Source of the DNA: Podarcis erhardii
Taxonomy: Eukaryota
DNA: 64,000 nucleotides
Strand: one strand, 5' to 3'
Assembly: GCA_964252035.1 (NCBI GenBank)
Contig: OZ176200.1
The notes beneath the pieces were generated by a model, which saw nothing but the letters and a program-made list of their open reading frames with translations, searched no databases and had not been told where the DNA came from. Positions 48,471 through 61,382 of the stretch are shown here, in pieces. The position numbers were made by a program, and so were the translations under genes. Every line of letters starts with the position of its first letter. Positions within the stretch are counted from its first letter, which is position 1.

Positions 48471-50044
48471 TTCCAAAAACAACATTCCAAGCACTGCTCT
48501 GAACAAGGACATGTTTTCTTTTTCATCTCATTCTGTAATGCATTGTGGACAAAGATTGTACTATATAACTAAACTATTGTGATAGAAAAGCCAATGAACC
48601 AAAGAGTCTAGGCAGGGTGGCTTTCATTTGCTCTTCTCTTCCCTGGGTTGTGTTTTTGCATCAATGCAAGGATAACAAAGGAGATGAGTGATTATTATTT
48701 TTACTATCAGTGATGTAAAGCATAAAAGTGCACGACCAAAACCACATTCTGAACAACCTTTCAGCTTTCCCCCTTCACATCCTTTCAACCCTAACTGTAT
48801 TCTGGTTCTGGACTCTAGCTGAGCTTCACAAGTGTCCTTCGTTTCAGCAACAACTCAGCCAATCTCACACTTGTGTCAAATTGTTATCGACAAAGTGAGA
48901 TGTTGCGCAGAATAACTGACTGGGGCTGACACCTTTTATTAGGACTGTAAAAGATGGTACATCAGCAAAAACTAAAATATAGATTATTATGGATTCACAG
49001 AAAGAAAAGGAAATCCACCTTTCTTTCTGTCCAGAACATCACAGAATAACTGATGAATATATAGTAAAAGGAGTGAAAGAAAGCAATTACTGGTGCCATC
49101 TATTGGTGAAGTAATGAACTAAATCACTAGTGTAAGCATATAGAAAGCTTTAAAAAATAGGTCTCCTTAGATATTGTTGAACACAACCCCAATCTGTGAG
49201 CAGTGCAGGATTCCAGGGGTTCCAGGCACTTATCAAGTGTTCAAGTTTTTTTTTTGAATGCAGTACAGCAGAAACTGTGGTGCCTTTATGGTTTTTTGTT
49301 TATTTACACATATATGCAACCTGAGTCTATGATGGAGGGGTTCACAAACACCCCCAAAAGGCCAATTCACACTTCTCTGAATTTTGCAAAATGCAGCTAT
49401 CCAGCCAAGTAATATGTAAAAAAAAATTAAAATTTAATGTATATGCCAGGCTAGTGTTTGTGTGTGTGCAAATGCATATATTAATGAAAATAACGTATGA
49501 AAATTGATTACATTTGAGTCAATTGCTTTGCAAAACTGTACAATAGGCAAATTTGCATAAAAAAATGTTATATTTGGAGAAATTTGCACTACATGCTGAT
49601 GAATTTTCACATGGACTTCTTTTTCAAAAGACAATTGCAGAACGATGTGGAGGTGTGCTTTTGGAAAGACATCGGTGGCTTCCAGAAGTGCGGCTGCAGA
49701 AGCTCAGAGAGGTCATGTGAGCAAGGAACATGGTGTTTCTTCCTCTTTCTCCTGATACGATGGGGAAGCAGTCCGCAGCCCATGGTAGTGCCAGGAGGAG
49801 GAGCCACAGACCATGGAAGCTGAGCTGCCACACAACACCTGGACATCACATGCAATGTCACTCCCCCCTAATCTCTAGCAGAGCCTAGCCAGACTCCCAA
49901 TGCCTGAAGTTCCCAATCCCACCTTTTCTGTATATCAACAAATGAGCAATTTAATTGATTTTGACAAATAGTAGAGATGCAATTTCAAAATCTAAAAACA
50001 ATTAGTGAAATATGATACAGAGCCAGGAGAGGATAAACGTTATA

Positions 50045-50236
50045 CAGTCATACCTCTTGTTGCGTTTGCTTCATGTTGCATCTTTTCAGGTTGCGAACAC
50101 GGCAAACCTGGAAGTGTATACTTCCGGGTTTTGCCACGTTCTGCACACTTCACACATGTGCAGAAGCGTTCTGTGCGCTTTGCACATGCACAAAAGTGCT
50201 CTGTTGCACTCTATGCTTGTGCAGAAGGTACCACTG
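50045..50236. mobile_element. Tigger/pogo-like MITE, degenerate
   Basis: TA|CAGTCATACCTC...AAGGTACCACTG ends. Confidence 0.7.
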
Positions 50237-51471
50237 TGGGGTCAAATGGGTTCAGGGTGTAGGTGAAAACAGGATATAGGTATCTGAGGGGAAATGTGGA
50301 ATAGTGCACATAAATTCTACTTGTAATAAAGAAAATAAAAGTTACCCATTCACATGCCGCAAATGCCCCCCTCAAAAAAGAAGATGTGATCTTTGCCACA
50401 TTGTGGGAATGTGAAGGGGAGAGGGAGAAATTCAAAACTGAATAATTTGTATTTTAATGAAACAATGGCATTCTACTATGTCTGGGATTTTCTCATGATT
50501 TAAGTGTAAGATCTAACAAGACAAGAGCTCCAAAGCTGTCTCTGTGTGTGAATACACACACAGTTTCCTTTTCATACCAGCATTGGAGACAAGTATGCTA
50601 TAATCCTACCAGGGGCTGGGAGTGGGTCCCATCAAAGTCAATGAGACTAATTTTTGAGTGAATATGCTTTGGAATGTACTGTGAAACTGCAGAATTATAC
50701 TGGCAATTGTGGTCCTGTATTTCACAGGGTTGTGGTCCTTGAATTGTCCCTGGGGAAGGAGGGAGGAACACATCCAGGATTGGCGCTGAACTATGTATGA
50801 ACACACAATGGATTTGATTTTAATTTTATCCTTCTGATCAGGGCCTATTTTGAAAGATACAACTGAAATGCAAAAGCTCCAGGGTTGATGTATTACATTA
50901 GCATTTCATTCTTCATTCTAGGGAACTCAGAGCAGCTGGCATGATGGCTGGCACAGACCAGCACATTTCCATTCCATGATTGTTCTAGGATTCCAACATC
51001 TGGTTGGTACTACCTCACTCTAATTACGGTGAGAAATCTGGATTTTGGAACCTAGGAGAATGAATTCTCTGCATGGGGCCTTTCCTTAAAACCAGAAAAA
51101 TAGCTTCTTATCATTTTATTTCTATGTAATCGTTGCATTTTTATGTTCTAAAAGAAATACATTCTCACAATTGCAAAGTTCTTGTGATAGCTCTGCTGAA
51201 ATTAATTGGGGAAAAGAAAGTGCCTAGTTGTGATGGGCAAGAGAGAGAGAAAACTGTCAGTGGTGGTACATATCCATGTAGCATTTCTCTGTTGGGGAAA
51301 TTCATGGAAGAAATGGTGATCACCAGTTTGCAGTTACTGGGAGGAGCTCTGGTGGTGGCGATGAGTTTCAGCCTACCTTTGAATTCCCATCCATTCCCCC
51401 AAAAAATCAATGAACTGACTGCCCCCCATGTTGCTGCCCATGGATGAAACACCAAGGGAGGAGTGCTTTTT

Positions 51472-51722
51472 GAGAGCCAGTGTGGTGTAGTGGTTAAGAG
51501 CGGTAGACTCGTAATCTGGAGAACTGGGTTCGTGTCCCTGCTCCTCCACAGGCAGCTGCTGGGTGACCTTGGGCCAGTCACATTTCTCTGAAGTCTCTCA
51601 GCCCCACTCACCTCACAGAGTGTTTGTTGTGGGGGAGGAAGGGAAAGGAGATTGTTAGCCGCTTTGAGACTCCTTTGGGTACTGATACAGTGACATATCA
51701 AATCCAAACTCTTCTTCTTCTT
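51472..51722 (+). mobile_element. tRNA-derived SINE with (CTT)n tail (Squam2-like), full length
   Basis: Pol III box A and B, same body as 23936 and 54158, ends ccaaactcttcttcttctt. Confidence 0.92.
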
Positions 51723-51799
51723 CTGACAGGTGTTAATAGTCAGTGCAAGAGCTAGGCTTTCAAAGTCAAAACCCCCAGCCCTGTGAACTGAACCCAGAA

Positions 51800-52070
51800 A
51801 CTAATTGGCAGCCAATGTGGTCATGTCAGACCTGGTGTTATATGTTCAGATCACCCTGCCCAGCCAACAATCTGGACTCCAAATTCTGTACTGGATACAG
51901 TTTCTGAACCATCTTCCAAGTCATCTGCACATGTAATGCATTGCATTATTCCAAGCTAGACCTAAGTACAGACAACAAAGGTTAGGCTGTCCCTTTCCAG
52001 AAAGTAGCTCAGGTAGGCTACCAGTCAAAGTTGATGGATGGTACTCCAAACCACTGGGACCACTTGAGCC
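51800..52070 (-). mobile_element. Ancient L2 ORF2 fragment
   Basis: Decayed minus-strand sequence resembling the RLDYCNALY...QLVQN region of L2. Confidence 0.55.
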
Positions 52071-53645
52071 TCAAGCTACAGTAACAGAGCCAGAAGCACT
52101 CCCACGTAAGGAATTTTCTCCTTCATGGAGAGTGTAACCCCATCCAGTGTAGGCCACATCCCATCCATCCAGTCTAGAGAATGATCCACTAACAGCTAAT
52201 CGATGAGAATTATTTCTTCACTATTCTCATGAAACTCCTCTGCATCCAGAAAACTTTGGGTAGGTTTTCACAAGTAATCTATCCAAGAGCAAAATAGCAC
52301 AGTTCTTAACTCATACAAACTTTAAATCAAAAGGTTAGAAAAGTGGCTATGAACTAGAAATGACCAGCCCTCAACAAGAAGGCCCAAGAACATGGTCGTT
52401 TCAAGAAGAGCAGAAACACTCAGAGATATGAAAGAGGCTTTCATTTCAGCAATTACACCGGAAAGAAAATTACTCTAGTTTGCTTTGGCCATGTAGGGGT
52501 TTACAAATACCACAGCAATTGGGAAGATGATGATAGTGAAATATTTCCTTTGCATGACATCCTTATTTCATTTCACTTTTTATAGAGAAAATATTCACCT
52601 GGTTGAATTGCTGAGATGTGAGCAATACTGAGTATAGTTCTAAAGTTCTCCTACCCAGATGTATCCATTACCATTTGTACTCTGTCATCATAGCAATCTT
52701 CATTCAAAGGAGGGAACTGGATGTATAAATGTCAATAAATGAAAATGATGGGGTTTGAATTCTAACGTGGTTTCAGATGTGCTGGCAAATAATCTGATTG
52801 AAGTTCACGAAGTTTTTTTGCAGTATGAACTACTCTCCCCCCCCCCAAAAAAAAAAAATGTTTTGGCATTGGGCAATGTACCAGCTGAAATTCTCTGGGG
52901 GAAATGCTATTAATTCAAATGTGAGTAGAATCCTCTAACCTCTGGTTCCCCTATAGGTAGACAGGCCTACACTTGCAGAATCTGTTTGAGGACTGAATGC
53001 CTCCTTAATGGCCTTTTAATAGAATCTTACATGTTGCTGCTACATTCTTTATTGACAGCTTAATAGAATCTTGATGAATCAGAAATTAAATTTATTCATA
53101 AAGTCTAGGTCCATTTCATGTAGCTAATAAACTAATTAATACTGAAGCCAGGACAGGCAGGAATCCTACAGCACAGGCAAAAAAAAAAAATCTCAATTGT
53201 CAAATATCAAACACTGTAACATGAGAGTTTAACCTGAAGGTGACAAGCTTCCAAATGACACCATTATAACAATTCAATTAAAACCTGCGACCAAGTGAAA
53301 GGCTTCCAATTTTATTTACTGACCAAAGGGAGGAGTAGAAAAAACCCTAGCATGAATAGCCTCCCAAATGCCAGTGATTGGCAGCTAATTTGGCCAGAGG
53401 CATCAAGTTCCTTTCTCACTCTCTTCATGCTCACTTTTAATCACAGGAACTGGGACTGAAAGCTTCAAACCTGCCCTCGGCCTGTGTTTGAATATGGGGA
53501 AGGAGGGAATCACTAGAAATATTTGCCCACTAAAAGCCCCAATTCCTGAAGCCAGCTCAAAGAATACCATTCTCCAATGCCTCCTCACTCACTGAGCAGG
53601 TTAGATCCATTAGTCCGTGGTTTCATTCCCATAGGGACATTACAT

Positions 53646-53646
<1 letters not shown>

Positions 53647-53687
<41 letters not shown>

Positions 53688-54000
53688 CCCACTCATCTGA
53701 CTGGGTTGCCCCAGCCACTTTGGGTGACTTCCAATATATATAAAAACATATATAAAAACCCAATAAAACATTAAACATTGAAAAACTTCTCTATACAGGG
53801 CTGCCTTCAGATGTCTTCTAAAGGTTATATAGTTACTTAACTCCTTGGCTCAGGGGTTGCATAACTCCATACCCTCCAACACTTCTCCAATGAAAATAGG
53901 GACATCCTAAGAAAAAAAGGGGCATTCCAGGATCAAATCAGAAACTGGGACGGCTTCTGAAAATCCAGGACTGTCCTTGGAAAATAGGGACACTTGAAGG
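53647..54000 (-). mobile_element. Chimeric MITE-head plus L2-type tail element with (AAT)n tail
   Basis: MITE part cataccctccaac...aatagggacacttg (53866-54000) joined via gagttatgcaacccctgagccaagg to an L2 3' tail; second copy at 19837. Confidence 0.75.
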
Positions 54001-54029
54001 GTCAACATTTCACCATCTGGAAACTACTA

Positions 54030-54140
54030 AGCTCCTGCTTGTGGGTTTTCCACGGGCTTCTGGTTGACCACTGTGAGACCAAGATGTTAGACTGGATGGG
54101 CCACTGGCCTGATCCAACAGAGCTCTTGTTAGCTTCTTAT
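54030..54140 (+). mobile_element. Old CR1 3' UTR fragment
   Basis: ggttgaccactgtgagaccaagatgttagactggatgggccactggcctgatccaacag. Confidence 0.75.
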
Positions 54141-54157
54141 TGTCTCTTCGTAGACAA

Positions 54158-54415
54158 GAGAGCCAGTGTGGTATAGTGGTTAAGAGTGGTGGACTCGTAA
54201 TCTGGTGAACCGGGTTCGCATCTCCGCTCCTCCACATGCAGCTGCTGGGTGACCTTGGGCTAGTCATACTTCTTTGAAGTCTCTCAGCCTCACTCACCTC
54301 ACAGAGTGTTTGTTGTGGGTGGAGGAAGGGAAAGGAGAATGTTAGCCGCTTTGAGGCTCCTTTGGGTAGTGATAAAGCGGGATATCAAATCCAAACTCTT
54401 CTTCTTCTCTTCTTC
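54158..54415 (+). mobile_element. tRNA-derived SINE with (CTT)n tail (Squam2-like), full length
   Basis: Near-identical to 51472-51722. Confidence 0.92.
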
Positions 54416-54647
54416 ATAGACAATAAGTCTCACTGACCCTGGGCTACAAGTTTTCAGCAAGCGTTTTCTCCACTTGTTGTCATTGTTGTTGTCAGAGAAC
54501 ACTTAAAGGTTTCCTGTTTCTCATTTTGTCTGTGTTTCTTCTTTGATTAAGCTGCTACTTTTTAATTGATCAATCCCTTCACTCTGGCAAATCCCCATCT
54601 TCTCTTCTTTCTTTGCCTTTTCTCTTTTGTCACGTCTGCCCTGTCAG

Positions 54648-54690
54648 TACTTTCCTGCTACTTTCCTAAAAGACTTGTTGAAAAAGGAAG
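54648..54690 (+). CDS. Candidate 43-nt exon (YFPATFLKDLLKKE)
   Basis: ~50-nt polypyrimidine tract ending cag; donor AAG|GTATAG. Confidence 0.18.
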
Positions 54691-55169
54691 GTATAGTAGG
54701 CACCATAAAGGCAGTAAAGGTGGGGCCAGTAAAGGTGGGAGGATGTTCCAAAGGGCAGATTCCACCACACTAAAAGCCTGAGTCCTACATCGTATAGAGT
54801 GGACCGCCTGATGAGACGGCATTTGCACAAAGCTCTCTCTCCTCAGAGTGTGGTGATCAGTTGAGTACATAATGGGTGAGTTGAGGTGTTATTTTCTCCA
54901 TTTCCATATGTTTACTATATAGCAACCAGCTGCTGAGGCACTTTATAGAATAATAACATATTATTTGCATTATTAGAACTCAAACTTATTTTGTACCCTA
55001 TCAGTTTCTACCTCAATAGAAATGCCACTGATTATCATGCAGCACCTGAGAGCAGGCTAAATGGACAAAATTTAGTGCATAATATAAAGTTGATGGGCCA
55101 CAACGCTGAGCTACACAAACAATTTTATCCATAAGCAACTTCTTTTTTTAAAAGAGCTTTTTCACACAC

Positions 55170-55870
55170 TGTACATATTCTGCACCATTAACAAGAAGAG
55201 TCAAGGAAGCTGTTAGATACAATGAGAGTTCTTTTGGGGAAATGAAAGTCTTCCTCAAATAAGGAGGACAAAAAAAGAACACAAACTTTGGCAAAAGGAA
55301 TGCAAGCAGATAATAAGGGATACAAAAGAGAGAAAAAGGGGTTAGAGGAGCATGTCGATAAAAACATTAAGATCAAGAATAAAAACATCCCTCGCCGAAG
55401 ATTCCTGCATAAGCTTAGCAGTCATAGGATAGGAGGGCAGGTACTTTTCTGGATGAATAGCTGGTTAAAGAACAAGAAACAAGAGTCAGAATAAATGGAC
55501 AATTCTCAAAACTGAATGGTTTAAGAAATGGATTCTGAAGGAACTGTATTAGGTATTGGGCTTTTTTCACTTGTTTATAAATGATCCTAACTTTGTCATA
55601 AATGAGATAGGGGTGAGCACTTAAGTGCAGGGTGACACAGAACATCATGAATCTGTGGGATTTGCTACCCAAGGAGTTAGTGAGGGCCGCCAACTTGGAT
55701 GGCTTTAAAAGAGGATGTGACAAGTTCGTGGAGGGTAAGGCTATCAATGACCACTAGACATGGTGGCTGTGTGCTACCTCCAATATCCAAGGCTGTATGT
55801 CTTTCTGAATACCAATTGCTGGGGTCTGAGCAGAGAACTGGTGTGTTCATGTCCCCCTTAGAGATTTCCC
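55170..55870 (+). mobile_element. Old CR1 LINE with internal deletions
   Basis: Decayed ORF2 pieces (RRRFLHKLSSHRIGGQVLFWMNSWLKNKKQ) and a CR1 3' region (ggatggctttaaaagagga...). Confidence 0.82.
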
Positions 55871-56599
55871 ATATGGATCTGGTAGATCTTTAATCTGATC
55901 TAGTTGAAACAGTACTGAAACTGTATTCTTTTACATTAGATATCAGTTCCACTGAGAACTTCTGAACCCAAGTTACTTCAGCTGACAGGAATAATGTGAG
56001 TTAATACAATCATTGCTCTTCTTCTCTCAATATTTGAGTGTGTGGCCATGCCGGAGCCTAACATTTGTCATTTCCAGCAGCTTACAAACAGTGCAAATGT
56101 TTACCGCCATGTGTGGTGAATTAAAATGCAAATCCCTTTAGTACAAAATTGGAGCTGTGCATCTAATCCACTGCACGCCAAGCTGAAAATTTGCCCCGGT
56201 TTACAAAATAAGATAGCAAAGAGTTGCTCTCTCTCAGACATCTGATTAATATTCTAGTTCTGTTCTGATGTTGCCAAAGATATGAATTATTTCAGAATGA
56301 TTTGGGTAGCCAACGCTATGAGGAAAAGGAAAAAATGCTCCCGGGAATTTACATTTTGCTAGAAGATACATGATATACAACAACAGCGTGATTTTCAGGA
56401 CTTTCTTTCTTTCTTTCTTTTGCACTGAAATTTGTAGCTCTTCTCCTTTGCTATTTCAATAACTCAACAAAGTTTAAGGAAAATAAAAACATCAAAAAAC
56501 TCTATTGGTTCAGCCCAGAGATGTCCCTAGTATTGGCCAGGTAACTGTCCTCAAAATATAAGGCACGCTGCATAGGCCTAGCATCTGATACGCCAAGGC

Positions 56600-56712
56600 A
56601 GCACTATTTTTCTCGCAAAATAGGTGTTGGAACTCACCATGACCACCTCCCTAGTTCTCTTAGAATGGAATAGCATTCACCTGAAAGTTGCCAGAACTGA
56701 GTTTCGGCTGGG
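56600..56712. mobile_element. hAT-like MITE fragment
   Basis: cagcactatttttct...ggtgttggaactcacc...gttgccagaactgagtttcggc. Confidence 0.55.
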
Positions 56713-57241
56713 GGCGGGGGAGCCCTGCTCCAAGGTATCTTAGCTCTGAACCGTATATGGAGCTCTTGTGGCAAAAAGATACTGACAAGAGGAACCAACA
56801 ACATTTTGAGGGGAACCTCACCAAAATGCTGGAGAGGGTGCACCCCCACAGGCACATACCTTCACATGGATTACATTTGGCCTAGAGGTCACAAGTAATG
56901 TTTAAAATAGCCTTGAACAACACAGTTTCCAAACTTGGAGATCTTTAAAAAAAGGGGGGGGGAGAGAGAGAGGCAAAATGGCAGGTCTCAAAAATACAGG
57001 CATTGTCAGCACCTGTGAACACTGGTATTGAATTAAAGGCGATGCTTTGCTCATAAAGTATCCCTACATAGCAGACATCCTGCAAGAGTCTTCCGTAAGT
57101 CAAAGAGAGTTATTTCATTCATGGCTGGGAATTCTGATGGGACTCGCCTTACAGGACGTGGTAGAGCTAATCCCCGTCCACTTCAAGTCATAAATCTTAG
57201 ATTTCTAGCTCTCTTTTTTCCACACTTCTATTTTACTGCAG

Positions 57242-57331
57242 GAAAAGTGTGTTTGGGGGCAGTTGGGGAACACCAACACAATGCTACAAAGGCATCAATC
57301 TGCCAGCAGCTTTCTGCAGACTAAGCTTTGA
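57242..57331 (+). CDS. Candidate terminal exon (EKCVWGQLG...SSFLQTKL*)
   Basis: Strong acceptor ctctcttttttccacacttctattttactgcag; stop at 57329-57331; AATAAA at 57397-57402. Confidence 0.2.
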   Translation, partial: EKCVWGQLGNTNTMLQRHQSASSFLQTKL

Positions 57332-57411
57332 CACAATCTTTTTCAAGCCAACAGGATTACTTTGAAGTAAAGGGCTCACAGGCTGCAATCTTGCACAATA
57401 AAACACAACTA

Positions 57412-57627
57412 CAGTGGTACCTTGGCTTCAGGTTACAGACTCTGCTAACACAGAAATAGTACCTCGGGTTAAGAACTTTGCTTCAGGATGAGAACGGAAA
57501 TCGCGTGGTGGCGGCACGGCAGCAGCGGGAGGCCTCATTAGTTAAAGTGGTACCTCAGGTGAAGAACAGTTTCAGGTTAAGAACTGACCTCCGGAACGAA
57601 TTAAGTTCTTAACCCGAGGTACCACTG
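57412..57627. mobile_element. Tigger/pogo-like MITE, complete
   Basis: TA|CAGTGGTACCTTGG...AACCCGAGGTACCACTG|TA. Confidence 0.9.
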
Positions 57628-57679
57628 TACCTTTAAAGAAGCCAGGCACCTCCTTCAACCTTCTTTCCTATCACATATA

Positions 57680-58154
57680 CCGTATTTTTTGCCCCACAGG
57701 ACGCACCGCCCCATAGGACGCACCTAGATTTTGGGGGGCGAAATAAAGAAAAAAAAATTTTCCCCCAGGCGCGGGGCTGGTGCGGGGGAAGCCCGAGCTT
57801 CCCCCGACCCCAGCCCCCAGAACAGGCTGCTGCGTGCAAGCCTTGCGAGCCCGGCGGGACCTCCCGCCGGGCATGCAAGGCTTGCGGACATCTGCCCGAA
57901 GCACGGGGCGTGCTCCGCAGTGCGCCCCGTGCTCTGGGCTGCAGGCTGCCACCCCAAGCCTTGCGCGCCCGGCGGGACCTCCCGGGTCCCGGGATAGCTT
58001 CCTGAAGCCTGGAGAGCGAGAGGGGTCGGTGCGCACCGACGCCTCTTGCTCTCCAGGCTTCAGCGAAAGCCTGCATTCGCCCCATAAGACGCACATAGAT
58101 TTCCCCTTCATTTTTGGAGGGGAAAAAGTGCGTCTTATAGGGCGAAAAATACGG
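57680..58154. mobile_element. Tc2-like MITE (475 bp) with GC-rich interior
   Basis: TA|CCGTATTTTTTGCCCCACAGGACGCA...TGCGTCTTATAGGGCGAAAAATACGG|TA. Confidence 0.9.
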
Positions 58155-59399
58155 TAGTTTTTCACCAATGTAAGAAACACTCAACACCTATGAGGGCTTC
58201 TCTTATTCCATCTGCTGAAAAGAAGTGGGATCACATCCCACTTCAATCATTGAGAGGGACCTACCTCAGTGATGTTCAATGCAAATGATGGGCGTATCCT
58301 TCCAAATAGGCTCCTTGAGTTGGAAGCTGGAAGCGCTGTGTTTTACTTGTTCCTTTTACACTTGCTGTTCAGCTGATGAACTCTTTGACAGGCATGAAAC
58401 CCCTCAACTATGGCAGCTTCACCATTTTCTGGCGCGATGATGGGGTTGATGAACTGCAACTCCCACCATCCCTAACCAGCGGTCCTGCGGGCTGATGGGA
58501 GTTGCAGTCCAATAATACCTGGAAGAAATTGCCTACGTCTAAACATGGCTCAAAAGATAACTCTGCCTTCTGATTTAATGCATCTATAAATAGGAATGGA
58601 TATTTAAAATGTTTTTCTCCACCTCCACCAAAAACACATTTTATCCAAGATCCCTTGGCAATCTTATCTCCAGATAGTTTAAATGCTGACTTTTCATGTA
58701 CAGTTGTAAAAAGTTATGGTGATTTAGGCAGTATTATCACTAAAGTATTTTCCCCCATTGCACATTGTTTCCAGAAACAATTATATACGTAGGATTTCTT
58801 CTGATTATATCAAGATAACTTCCTACTGCTTTATTTTCCATGAAATCCTGATAAGACTTGACTTTTCAAGTAGGGCAGCATGTCATGCATCGAAAACTAA
58901 TCTTTTTTTTACTAGCTTCTATAAAGAGCTCTTCCCCCTTCTGCCGTAATTTGTAAGAGCAAATATTTGTTTCCAACTGTGTGACTGTGGAAGAGTCTGG
59001 AAAATATATAGAAATGAATTAATAATGTTTGACAAATTCTCATACTTTGTTTCCGATTTGATAAAAGTCACATCAACACCATACATTTAAAGCAGTTTTA
59101 AAGTGTATGGCTCCGCCCATTAGAATGCCAGGAACTACCATTTAACCCTTACAGAGCTACAATCAGCAGCACCCTTAAGAAACTACAGATCTCATTACTC
59201 TTTGGGGGAAGTCATGTGCTTTAAGCATGCTTTAAATGTATGGCATGGATATAAGCAAAACTGATGATAAAACTTGAAATATTACAATTTTTCCTCCATT
59301 TTTTATTTATTTTTGTTGATAAATTACCATGAGTGCATCTTTCATCATATTCGTTTCTTATACCTTGTGAAATAAATTAAATTTCTGATAAGTAGACAG

Positions 59400-59570
59400 T
59401 GGGTTGAACATAAAGAAAAAGGTGGAGCCTTGATGGATCAGACCAAAGACTCATCCAGTATAGTGTTCTGTTCCTACAGAGGCCAATCACAGATGCCAAT
59501 AGGAAGACCAAAAGCACAAAATAAGGACAATGGAACTGTTCCACTAGCAATCCCATGCAACTGGTACTGA
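59400..59570 (-). mobile_element. Old CR1 3' UTR fragment
   Basis: aacataaagaa...ttgatggatcagaccaaagactcatccagt...gaggccaatcacagatgcc. Confidence 0.7.
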
Positions 59571-60288
59571 GATACATACTGAATGCAATCTATAGACCTC
59601 TTAACTAGTAGATGCTGATAACCTTATGCTTCTCTCAGCTATGGAAGAAGTCTTCTACTCATAGAAGGTGTCTGTCCATTGCCTACTTCTTTTTTTAAAA
59701 TGAGAATTGTCAGATTCAGGTCTGTTAGACAATTACACACTCTGTTCTGGAAGCCCTTGACCCTAGTGGCAGATTTGTATAGGCTGATCTATGTTTTCAT
59801 TCGTATGGCAGGTTTTCTTGCTCTTTGACCATGTAATTCATCACACAGTGAATTTTACAGCACACAAGGGGCAGGATTCACACAGCACATTCTACTGACC
59901 AATATAGCTGAGGCACAGGATGGTTGCCACAGAGATACTTAAACGACGCTACACTCCGTTTCTACGATTCAGTGAAATATGGTTGTTCCTGCTTAAGTAC
60001 TCATAAAAATAAAGGACTTCTAGCATAAATCTCAGCACATTAAACAGCAATAAATGTTACAAGTTAGAGACGAGGAAAATTATAGATTTATTCAGGGTTT
60101 CTCCACATTTCTGCTTGCCTAAAGCTGAGAAAGCATGGTTCTGAATGCTTTTCGGCTTAAACCATGCTTTCTCGGTGTAGGACCAAGCAATTTTCCCCTT
60201 GCCCCACCCCTTTCCCAAGGAAAACCCACTTGCAGCAAACGCCAATCCGTGGTAGATTGTAAGAATCAGATTACTGAAGTCCCAAACC

Positions 60289-60325
<37 letters not shown>

Positions 60326-60935
60326 TTTTTATTGATACCCCACCATTCCCAGTTCAAAAACCAGCCTCAGGGCAGCTAACAACAAATTTAAAATACAGTA
60401 CAAAAACATGAATAACAATAAAATTCAAAAAATCAAAATCAATTTGATAATCCCCAGGGCTAGCTGGCTGAATTGGTCCTACTTGGGCCAGCGAGGAGGC
60501 CAGGGGAGAATCAGCTGGGGGGTCTCAGAGTGGGTGATCTTCATAAAAGGGGAGGGGGGGAAATAAGGGAAATAAAAGATCAGGCTGAATTCAAATTAAA
60601 GGCCAGGCAGAATAGCTCTGTCTTACAGGCCCGACGAAAGGAGGTTAAATCCTGAAGGGCTCACGGGACAGAGCATTCCACCAGGTCGGAGCCATCACTG
60701 AAAAGGCCCTGGCCCTGGTGGAGGATAGTTTGACTTCCCTAGGGCCTGGGACCTCTAAACTATGGTTATTCATGGACCTTAAGGTCCTCTGCGGGGCATA
60801 CCAGGAGAGGCAGTTCCATAGATACAAGGGTCCTAAGCCACAAAGGGCTTTAAAGGTCAAGACCAGCACCTTGAACCTGACCCTATACTCCACTGGGAGC
60901 CAGTGCAGCTGATAAAGCACTGGGTGAATATTCTA
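60289..60935 (-). mobile_element. L2 LINE 3' portion with (AAT)n tail
   Basis: ORF 60645-60920(-) LYQLHWLPVEYRVRFKVLVLTFKALCGLGP; same family as 46030-46858. Confidence 0.93.
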
Positions 60936-61004
60936 TATTCATCTGCTATTCCACCCAACAGATAACAGCAATTTCAGCTCTATCTGTTCCACTGCCCAAG
61001 GGGC

Positions 61005-61382
61005 AAAAGGTAAAAAGGTAAAGGACCCCTGGACAGTTAGGTCCAGACTATGGGTCTGTGGCACTCCTCACATATTCAGACCAAGGGAGCCAGTGTTTGT
61101 CCACAGACAGCTTTCTGGGTCACGTGGCCAGCCTGACTAAACTGCTTCTGATGCAATGGAACACCATGATGGAAACCAGAGCGTATAGAAATGCCGCTTA
61201 CCTTCCCGTCACAGTGGTACCTATTTATCTACTTGCGTTGGTATGTTTTTGAACTGCTAGCTTGGCAGGAGCAGGGACAGAGCAACAGGAGCTTACCCTG
61301 TCATGGGGATTCAAACCGCCAACCTTCTGATCGGCAAGCCCAAGAGGCTCAGTGGTTTAGACCACAGCGCCACCTGTGTCCC
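61005..61382 (-). mobile_element. Sauria SINE (Squam1/POMSINE-like)
   Basis: tRNA-like head on minus (gggacacaggtggcgctgtggtctaaacc...ggtttgaatcccc) and (ACCTTT)n tail. Confidence 0.92.

Noticed and set aside
57633-58187. ORFs of 125-184 aa on both strands
   Set aside because: Confined to the GC-rich interior of a TIR-bounded MITE; no transposase motifs.
58740-58900. Protein-like minus-strand frame (SYQDFMENKAVGSYLDIIRRNPTYIIVSGN)
   Set aside because: Bounded by stops with no splice sites; may be an ancient L1 RT remnant but too weak to annotate.
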